Notes under the pieces: model-generated
What the model was told of the DNA's origin: nothing
Database searches by the model: none
What the model saw: only the letters and a program-made list of their open reading frames with translations
Position numbers and translations under genes: made by a program
Shown here: piece after piece, positions 56,040 to 64,000 of the stretch
How the letters are laid out: the number at the start of each line of letters is the position of its first letter
How positions within the stretch are numbered: position 1 is the first letter of the stretch
Sequence record: OP953026.1
Direction: 5' to 3' (one strand)
Length of the DNA stretch: 64,000 nucleotides

Positions 56040-56060
56040 GCCCTCCCATAGTGGGAGGGC
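56040..56060. terminator. bidirectional hairpin between convergent genes
   Basis: GCCCTCCCA-TAG-TGGGAGGGC flanked by CATA and TATG. Confidence 0.8.
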
Positions 56061-56070
56061 ATTATGTTCT

Positions 56071-57243
<1,173 letters not shown>

Positions 57244-57292
57244 TTACTAGGGTTATTAACTCTATAGAGTAAGACATTATTAAGGGTTAATC

Positions 57293-59785
57293 ATGCAGAT
57301 CAAGCTACTTAAGCTAATTGGCTATACTAGGTTGATGGCCAATAATACACATTATTTTGAATGGACTCCAAGCAAACAGATGATGGTTATACTTGGTAGT
57401 AATGGTTCTGGCAAATCATCTATTATTAGTGAACTGACACCTGTTGTATCTAGCAGTTCAAACTTCAAGCAAGGTGGCGAGAAACATTTCCATTGTCATG
57501 CAAATGGTAAAGACTATAAATTAATTTCTAAATATAACCGTGGCACTGGACATCATTCCTTTTTATGTAATGATGAAGAATTAAATAGTGGTCATACCTT
57601 TAAAGAACAAGAAGAACTTGTAATGGCGCATTTCGGGTTAAACCGAGAACTGCATGAAATGTTGACAGGTAAGATGCGTTTTACAAAGTTAAAACCTAAT
57701 GAACGTAAAGCATGGTTAACTAGAATGTCTGTAGTTAACCTTGATTATGCATTTAATGTTTATAACAAAGTACGTAAAGAATTATCTAACCAGCAAGGTA
57801 CTGTTAAAACAATTAATAAGCGATTGGTCACAGAACACCATGGGGTATTGAATGATTCAGAAATGACACAGTTGAAAGAAGTGAAACAACGGTTAGTTAG
57901 TCGTATTGATTTACTTTATAAAACACGTGATAAGAAAGGTGTCCTTCATTTTAGAGATGAAACCACTGCACGTAAAGAATTAGATTCTATCTTAGATGAA
58001 GCTCGTTCATTGTTAATGTCATTTCCAATGTTACCTATTCAAGTTAAAGTAGATGGGTATGAATCTTTCTTAGAACTAAATAATAAGAAGATTGAAGAAT
58101 ATAAATCTATACAAGCAGTTATTGCACGTTTAGTTGAAGAATTAGAAGAATTAAAAAGCTCTAATCCGAATACAGCTGAACGTATGTCTCCAGAAGAAAT
58201 ACAAGAACTTAAGGACAGACATGAACATCATACACGCATTGCTGAAGAAGCTATTAGTAAATATAAGAAGTATACCGGTAGATTTCCTTTGGTTGACATT
58301 TCTGTTAACGGTGATCCATCTGGTAAACTTACTGATCTCTCAGATCGTTGGATCAAACTTCTCACTACATTTCCTAATAATGAGAATGGTTACTTAAGTA
58401 AAGAAACTGCTATTAAAAATGCAGAAAGGCTAAAAGAATTAAAAAGTAAATACTCAACCATGGAAGGCATGTATTTACAAATTAATCAACGCCTAAATTC
58501 ATTTAAGGAATGCGCATCTATTACTTGCCCATCATGCACTCATTCATTTAAACCTGGTGTTAGTGAACAAGATATCACAATAGCAGAAGAGCGCAAAGCT
58601 AAGTTAGATGAAGCGATGGATAGCTGTTCAAATGAGATCAAGGTTCTTGAACAGTACATGACTGACTTCAATGAATATGTAAGTTATGTACATGGCTACG
58701 TTCAATTAACGAAAGAGTATAACGAATTTGATACATTATGGAACTATGTAGCTGAACATGTCGTAATGTATCGCACACCAGCAAAATATATAAATGATGC
58801 ATTAGACTGGCGAGATGCAATGCAGCAACTCATTGTCTCTAAGCAAGCTCATGCGGAAGCTACTTTATTAGCTCAACGACTACGTGTTATTGCTGAGATG
58901 GATCAAGATGCATTAGGGTTCATTAAGGCACGTACAACTGCACTAGAAACTGAAATTAATAATAAAACACATGTAGCAGCTGACTTACAAAGAAAAGCAT
59001 CTCATTTCAATAAAGCTGGTAATGCTATTCGTGAATGGGAAGATAAGTATCATTCTTTTATTGAACGATGGGAGCAGTTTATTAAAAAGATAGTGGATAC
59101 AGCTGATAACTTTGTAGATAAGGCATACCAAGCAGAGATTGATGCTGTTAACTTAGAACTATCTAGTGTGCATAGTCGTTTAAGTGAAATGGAACGTCAT
59201 GAAGAACGTATTAAAGTTTTAGAATCAGAAGTTAACCATGCACAACAAATGGCTACTGATTTAGCTATTCTTGAAAAAGCATTATCACCAAAAAGTGGTA
59301 TTCTTGGTCGCTATTTATTAGGTTTCTTACAAGGAGTAGTTAAACTAGTAAATGCATACATCAATGAGATTTGGACTTATAGGTTAGAAGTATTACCTTC
59401 TAATGTTGACAAAGATGGCATGGATTATAAGTTCCCAATGCATATTGCAGGTGGTGACGTTCAGCCACCGGACATTGAATACGGGTCTGACTCACAATTA
59501 GAGATTGTTGATTTTGCTTTTAGAATGGCTATCTTGAAATTTTTACATCTAGATGACATGCCCCTTTTCTTAGATGAATTTAGCAGGACTTTTGATGAAC
59601 AACATCGAGCCAATGCTATTCCATTCATTAACAGGTTAATTGAAAATGGCATTGTTAATCAAGTGTTCTTCATCAGCCACTTTGAATCAACACACGGTGC
59701 ATTTAACCAAGCTGAATTTATTGTACTTGATCCAGCTAATATTAGTACTCCAGAAGTATTTAATAAAAATCTAGTATTAAAATAA
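57293..59785 (+). CDS. sbcC: SbcC/Rad50-like SMC ATPase (phiKZ gp165)
   Basis: GSNGSGKSS Walker A, CPSC zinc hook, LFLDE Walker B, FISH H-loop. Confidence 0.92.
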   Translation: MQIKLLKLIGYTRLMANNTHYFEWTPSKQMMVILGSNGSGKSSIISELTPVVSSSSNFKQGGEKHFHCHANGKDYKLISKYNRGTGHHSFLCNDEELNSGHTFKEQEELVMAHFGLNRELHEMLTGKMRFTKLKPNERKAWLTRMSVVNLDYAFNVYNKVRKELSNQQGTVKTINKRLVTEHHGVLNDSEMTQLKEVKQRLVSRIDLLYKTRDKKGVLHFRDETTARKELDSILDEARSLLMSFPMLPIQVKVDGYESFLELNNKKIEEYKSIQAVIARLVEELEELKSSNPNTAERMSPEEIQELKDRHEHHTRIAEEAISKYKKYTGRFPLVDISVNGDPSGKLTDLSDRWIKLLTTFPNNENGYLSKETAIKNAERLKELKSKYSTMEGMYLQINQRLNSFKECASITCPSCTHSFKPGVSEQDITIAEERKAKLDEAMDSCSNEIKVLEQYMTDFNEYVSYVHGYVQLTKEYNEFDTLWNYVAEHVVMYRTPAKYINDALDWRDAMQQLIVSKQAHAEATLLAQRLRVIAEMDQDALGFIKARTTALETEINNKTHVAADLQRKASHFNKAGNAIREWEDKYHSFIERWEQFIKKIVDTADNFVDKAYQAEIDAVNLELSSVHSRLSEMERHEERIKVLESEVNHAQQMATDLAILEKALSPKSGILGRYLLGFLQGVVKLVNAYINEIWTYRLEVLPSNVDKDGMDYKFPMHIAGGDVQPPDIEYGSDSQLEIVDFAFRMAILKFLHLDDMPLFLDEFSRTFDEQHRANAIPFINRLIENGIVNQVFFISHFESTHGAFNQAEFIVLDPANISTPEVFNKNLVLK

Positions 59786-59800
59786 TTATAAGCAACATAA

Positions 59801-59821
59801 GCCCTCCCGCAATGGGAGGGC
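59801..59821. terminator. bidirectional hairpin
   Basis: GCCCTCCC-GCAAT-GGGAGGGC between sbcC and the convergent small ORF. Confidence 0.8.
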
Positions 59822-59827
59822 ATTATA

Positions 59828-60004
59828 TTAGTAACTATCTTTATAAGTGCTATTAAGTGAAACACTTTCAAAACTCTTTTTATTTTTATCAGCCTCAACA
59901 AAGTCTTTACCAACTGATTGTGGTACACCAACTTTCTTAGCAAACTTCTTATCATTGGCTACAGCAGCCATGAAGTTATGTTGTTTTTTACTTTTACTAG
60001 GCAT
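59828..60004 (-). CDS. small basic protein, 58 aa (not in ORF track)
   Basis: MPSKSKKQHNFMAAVANDKKFAKKVGVPQSVGKDFVEADKNKKSFESVSLNSTYKDSY; GAGG SD; ends at the hairpin. Confidence 0.8.
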   Translation of the reverse strand: MPSKSKKQHNFMAAVANDKKFAKKVGVPQSVGKDFVEADKNKKSFESVSLNSTYKDSY

Positions 60005-60030
60005 CGTATATTCCTCTAAGTTTTCACAAC

Positions 60031-60061
60031 TACACTAAAAAATAATTAAGATATATATTAC
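60031..60061 (+). promoter_or_regulatory. early (vRNAP) promoter
   Basis: TACACTAAAAAATAATTAAGATATATATTAC. Confidence 0.8.
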
Positions 60062-60095
60062 TACTATGCATACAATATCTTAAGAGGTTAATGAC

Positions 60096-60491
60096 ATGTT
60101 TAATCAACAATATAATCCAAATAGTTCAGCTAAGGTAATGGAGACATTACATGCCTGTGCTAAACTTATTAAGGAAATGTTTTATTATAATGATCAATAT
60201 GTTCAAGTAGAATCGGCTTATACAGATGATCCAATCCAAGCATCCATTGAAACAGTAAATGATGGGTATTACAGATTAGTTATTCAAGACACCACACCAG
60301 ATAGTACGTGGCCAGTGTGGGCAGTTGTTTTTATCAGACAACGTGGTGGAGATATTAAGTGTCTCCATATTATCAATCGTATTACTGGAGTATCTGCAAA
60401 TATAGATACGCAATTCAACTGTGATTCTTTTTACTCTGTTATTGATTTACTATTAGATCATTATCGAGTATTAACTTCGATGGAATACTGA
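60096..60491 (+). CDS. hypothetical early protein (gp166-like)
   Basis: GAGG SD; has its own promoter and terminator. Confidence 0.8.
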   Translation: MFNQQYNPNSSAKVMETLHACAKLIKEMFYYNDQYVQVESAYTDDPIQASIETVNDGYYRLVIQDTTPDSTWPVWAVVFIRQRGGDIKCLHIINRITGVSANIDTQFNCDSFYSVIDLLLDHYRVLTSMEY

Positions 60492-60501
60492 TATACATAT
60501 T

Positions 60502-60523
60502 ACCCTCTCCTTCGGGAGGGGGT
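60502..60523 (+). terminator. hairpin ACCCTCTCC-TTCG-GGAGGGGGT
   Basis: UUCG stem after the stop. Confidence 0.75.
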
Positions 60524-60543
60524 TTATATCGCATTAATTTTTT

Positions 60544-60579
60544 TATTACACTAAAAAAAGTTTAAGATCTATATTACAG
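60544..60579 (+). promoter_or_regulatory. early (vRNAP) promoter
   Basis: TATTACACTAAAAAAAGTTTAAGATCTATATTACAG. Confidence 0.85.
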
Positions 60580-60633
60580 ACATGTATCTATATTGGATAC
60601 TTATTAAAACTTAATGATTAGGAAAAATAGAAA

Positions 60634-60840
60634 ATGAAAGTACTAAAGATCGCAGCTGCAATTATCTCAACTGGTGCCCTCGCTGTTGCCGCTATTAATC
60701 TATATAAGGCCGTTTCTAAATCAACCGTTATTGATGACACCGTAGCTGATGATGATACGGTACTAGACAGTGAAGTAGATATTCTAACTGATGAGCTAGA
60801 TAAAATCGATATTGATGATAGTGCTCAACAAGTCGATTAA
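60634..60840 (+). CDS. small early protein, N-terminal hydrophobic helix + acidic tail (gp167-like)
   Basis: IAAAIISTGALAVAAINLYKA then a D-rich tail. Confidence 0.75.
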   Translation: MKVLKIAAAIISTGALAVAAINLYKAVSKSTVIDDTVADDDTVLDSEVDILTDELDKIDIDDSAQQVD

Positions 60841-60858
60841 ATAATAGGGTTATCGCTA

Positions 60859-61287
60859 ATGGCGGCATTCACTTTAGCAAACTTAATGGGTGAGCTAAAG
60901 AAGAGTTCCGTCATTGACTTATTCAACGATGGAAAGGTCAAGGCAGAACTCTATCCAGCTCATATGACATATATGGGTAGTGTGGTTGACTTACATCGTG
61001 TAGGCGATACATTCAGCTTCTATGTTGCAGATGGACATGGAGGCGTCACACGCTATCCATGTAGTAATCAGATTCTTGAATCGATAACATTAGAACCAGA
61101 TGTTTATTATAAGTTAACTGGTAAAAAAGTTATTGAGAAAAGAATTGAATTACCAGCTGTTACAGTACCAATTGAAGAACCCGCTAAGCGCATGCCGCTG
61201 GAAACAATCACATCAGTTGCTGTTATTGGCGGGTTTATTTTGTACGTTGGTACACGGTTTTATAAAGCATGTAAAAAATTAAAATAA
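60859..61287 (+). CDS. early protein with C-terminal membrane anchor (gp168-like)
   Basis: ITSVAVIGGFILYVGTRFYKACKKLK. Confidence 0.8.
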   Translation: MAAFTLANLMGELKKSSVIDLFNDGKVKAELYPAHMTYMGSVVDLHRVGDTFSFYVADGHGGVTRYPCSNQILESITLEPDVYYKLTGKKVIEKRIELPAVTVPIEEPAKRMPLETITSVAVIGGFILYVGTRFYKACKKLK

Positions 61288-61294
61288 TACGGTC

Positions 61295-61993
61295 ATGCAG
61301 TATACTTTAGGTACAATAACCCTAGAGGAAACTGCAATGGCCGTATTAGACCGTCAATTTAATATTCGTTTAAATGGTGCTGATTTAGATAAACAAAAGC
61401 GAATTATTAAAGAAATTTATACCAGGATTGCAAATGTGAATAACACAGTAATCAATGGTACTACTGTAAGACTGATTTTATTTGTTAAAGCTAATGGCCA
61501 AGTGGCTACTGGAAGCGATGCTATTAAACTAATCAACGATGCAGAAACTAATCTACAGGCGTGGGTTCTTTCTAATCGCTTTATCTTTAAATGGATGTTT
61601 AGCCATGCTAGTGATTTTGGTGCAATCTCTTCCAATTTTGAAGAAGTTTCACCAGGTGTTTATGATTGGAGTAAACGCCGTAGCTTTAATAAAGAATTTG
61701 ATGATGAGCTAGCTAAAGCAAAAGAACGAAAACTAATTCGTCAAAATAAACCTACTCTATTTAAAACTATTAAGAAAGTAGGTAAAGCTGCATATGAAAC
61801 TATTTCAGATAACTCAACTGCAATCGTAAGTTTAACTGCTATTGGACTATTAGCTCTTAAAGTAACATCTGATCATAATCAAGTTATTAACCAAATGAAT
61901 GTTATTAAGAAATCAATTGGTAATATTGAGCTACCACCTGTTGAAGTAATCGTAAATACAGTTGGTGATGTATTAGATATCGATTTGTATTAA
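61295..61993 (+). CDS. hypothetical early protein (gp169-like)
   Basis: 232 aa; hydrophobic AIVSLTAIGLLAL segment. Confidence 0.8.
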   Translation: MQYTLGTITLEETAMAVLDRQFNIRLNGADLDKQKRIIKEIYTRIANVNNTVINGTTVRLILFVKANGQVATGSDAIKLINDAETNLQAWVLSNRFIFKWMFSHASDFGAISSNFEEVSPGVYDWSKRRSFNKEFDDELAKAKERKLIRQNKPTLFKTIKKVGKAAYETISDNSTAIVSLTAIGLLALKVTSDHNQVINQMNVIKKSIGNIELPPVEVIVNTVGDVLDIDLY

Positions 61994-62002
61994 GTGCATA
62001 AC

Positions 62003-62023
62003 GCCCTCCCATTACGGGAGGGC
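62003..62023. terminator. bidirectional hairpin between convergent genes
   Basis: GCCCTCCC-ATTAC-GGGAGGGC flanked by CATA and TATG. Confidence 0.8.
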
Positions 62024-62038
62024 TATATGTCGTTAATA

Positions 62039-62554
62039 TCAATCGTTTTCTAATTCTTTTTCTCGTGCAGCATCCATCCGCTCCATAAATGCATTGGATT
62101 CCTCCATGATGATACCGATTTCAGTTTCACCTTCTTCAATAGTGTAATTCTCAAATTCCTCATCAGGAATATCTGGAATCTCACGTGGTGTTGCAGGGAC
62201 ATCATTCGGATCACGTATTAATGGATTACGGTTCATTTGCATCTTAACGAATTCAGCAAAGCCTTCAGCAAGTTCACGGTTAGAGCGTGCACCCTCAGAA
62301 TCAACTTGAATACGACGGTTAGCAATTGTTGTCTTATCCATTGAATCTGTTAATTTAAGAATCATATCAACTGATTCTTTATCAGTAGGTACTTTACCAG
62401 TTGTATTTTCTAATACAGCTTTTAGTACTTTCTCTTTAACTGATTGTGTATACCGTATCTGCTGCTCATATTCTAGATCAGCATATACCTTTTCTTCTGT
62501 AGTTGATGATTTCTTTTCTAAAGGCTCATCAGATAAATCTGCACCATGGAACAT
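62039..62554 (-). CDS. acidic hypothetical protein (gp170-like)
   Basis: GAGG SD; 171 aa. Confidence 0.8.
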   Translation of the reverse strand: MFHGADLSDEPLEKKSSTTEEKVYADLEYEQQIRYTQSVKEKVLKAVLENTTGKVPTDKESVDMILKLTDSMDKTTIANRRIQVDSEGARSNRELAEGFAEFVKMQMNRNPLIRDPNDVPATPREIPDIPDEEFENYTIEEGETEIGIIMEESNAFMERMDAAREKELEND

Positions 62555-62633
62555 TTTATTATCCTCTAATTAGTAATAGTAATACCTAACATACTTACCA
62601 TATGCTAAGTATCTGAAAAATAGGTCCTATATC

Positions 62634-63158
62634 ATGTTTAAGAAACTTATTCAATATTTCCGGGGCTTCCAAAAGGAAGTTGGTAAAGAACAACTTCTAA
62701 CTGAATTAGAACGGATAGATAAAGATATTATTTCAGGTGAAGAACGATTAAAAGCTATTAATAATTTCTGGCAATTAATTAATCTGGATGAATTAAAAAC
62801 TCTGACCATCAGGAAGATGATAGGTGTTCCTGTCTATCTAAGACATTACAGTATTGGTTATTTATTAGATGCTCTAACTAGGTTAAATGATCATATTGCA
62901 AATGAAGATGATCTAAAGATTAGTGAAATGTGTCGTACTGAGTTTATCGACAGGAAATCAATTGACCTTGATGAATATTTTATAAACAGTAATGATAGTT
63001 TTATTGATGTATGTAAATCTATTGAAACTATGCGTGACTTAATTTGGCAACAAACTGAATATCTTGAACAGATTAACCATCAAGCATATCAGCGCCAGAT
63101 GGATAGAATGTACTATGATATTATTGAACTATCAAGAGCAATTATTAAGTTACTATGA
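62634..63158 (+). CDS. hypothetical protein (gp171-like position)
   Basis: 174 aa; AGGT SD. Confidence 0.8.
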   Translation: MFKKLIQYFRGFQKEVGKEQLLTELERIDKDIISGEERLKAINNFWQLINLDELKTLTIRKMIGVPVYLRHYSIGYLLDALTRLNDHIANEDDLKISEMCRTEFIDRKSIDLDEYFINSNDSFIDVCKSIETMRDLIWQQTEYLEQINHQAYQRQMDRMYYDIIELSRAIIKLL

Positions 63159-63229
63159 GGTGCAGACTATACAAGTATAAATTAATATAAAGTGTGTTTA
63201 TTATCAATTCACCGTAGGTGTAAAAAAAG

Positions 63230-63991
63230 ATGGAATCTGTAAAAGACTTATTAAGCGATCCTCAAAAAGGATTAAGGCAGGCAGAAGGGGTTTTGTGTTA
63301 TGTTTTCCGGGAAGTACTACTGTGGCGTAATATGACACAGTTTGCTTGGGATAAACGTTTGAATGCATACTTTCAAAAACCACATAACAAGAATAACCCA
63401 GATAAAGGTAATCTTAATAAAGCACTTAAAGCTGATACAATGAGTTGGGATGGCTTTAAGAAAGCTATTGATTTCTTATCACCTGTTAAAGCAACATTAG
63501 AGGTACGTCTGATTTGGGGTACATCAAAACCTGATTCAGTTTATACGATCAATATCGATCCAACTGAAGATGAGGTAACTTGCTCTGCAAATGATTTCCC
63601 CTATGAAGAATGTGAAATTTTTAAGAATCAAAAACCAGCTACAACTACAATGGCCCATCTGTATAGGCATATTCTCTGGAAAGAAGGAATTAACCAGGAG
63701 AAGTGGGATAAGCTATGGGAAGAGTTTTTAAATAATCCAGTCAACCTTGTAGGATTGGATAAAAAGAAACTTACCTCATTGGCTAATACACAAAGGCGTG
63801 GTTTACTATCACCCAATATGTCTTGGAATACATTAAGACGTGGATTCCTACTACTACGGCCTAAAGAGGAGAGATACACTCTTTCTCTACAATGGACTGA
63901 TGATCCTAATCTTCGAGATAAACTAGAGGACAGTGTGCATATTGTTCCTGTACCTGATCCTCATTGGGTGGAGCCTAATTCAAATGAATAA
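63230..63991 (+). CDS. hypothetical protein with internally duplicated domain (gp172-like position)
   Basis: 253 aa; two copies of W.K....F...P.N...MSW..F.K....L.P...L.W. Confidence 0.8.
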   Translation: MESVKDLLSDPQKGLRQAEGVLCYVFREVLLWRNMTQFAWDKRLNAYFQKPHNKNNPDKGNLNKALKADTMSWDGFKKAIDFLSPVKATLEVRLIWGTSKPDSVYTINIDPTEDEVTCSANDFPYEECEIFKNQKPATTTMAHLYRHILWKEGINQEKWDKLWEEFLNNPVNLVGLDKKKLTSLANTQRRGLLSPNMSWNTLRRGFLLLRPKEERYTLSLQWTDDPNLRDKLEDSVHIVPVPDPHWVEPNSNE

Positions 63992-64000
63992 TCCAGAAAC

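Noticed and set aside
59847-60038. Plus-strand 63-aa ORF
   Set aside because: It is the shadow of the better-supported minus-strand gene 59828..60004.
60489-60554. Readthrough at other TGA stops (60491, 63158, 2876)
   Set aside because: The downstream frames are very short or run through terminators, with no motif or stimulatory stem.

Overview
AT-rich dsDNA from a phiKZ-like Pseudomonas jumbo phage (Phikzvirus type). It is collinear with the phiKZ region from roughly gp116 to gp172. The gp numbers come from my recall of phiKZ gene order and protein sizes, anchored on gp120, gp123, gp131, gp144, gp152, gp155 and gp165, and not from a search. Contents in order: a small-gene accessory block (1-2.9 kb), a 640-bp ORF-free hairpin-rich spacer, DnaB, major capsid protein, an nvRNAP beta subunit, portal, baseplate/fibre genes, RuvC, spanins, endolysin, collagen-like fibre genes, a vRNAP beta fragment, UvsX, RNase H, head proteins, spike + PAAR, SbcC and early genes. 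No tRNA, CRISPR, intron or intein was seen. The main discovery candidate is at the capsid gene. Its TGA stop is followed in frame by a 26-codon extension, AGKGY-RYLENGTI-RYLEDGNA-RKLEE-TAA, which ends just before the terminator and folds into a long stem-loop starting 8 nt after the UGA. It shares 30 identical nt and a 3x RxLE[ND]G peptide with the C-terminus of structural protein gp143. This points to programmed stop-codon readthrough that displays a docking tag on a fraction of capsid subunits, possibly to attach the gp145/gp146 fibres.
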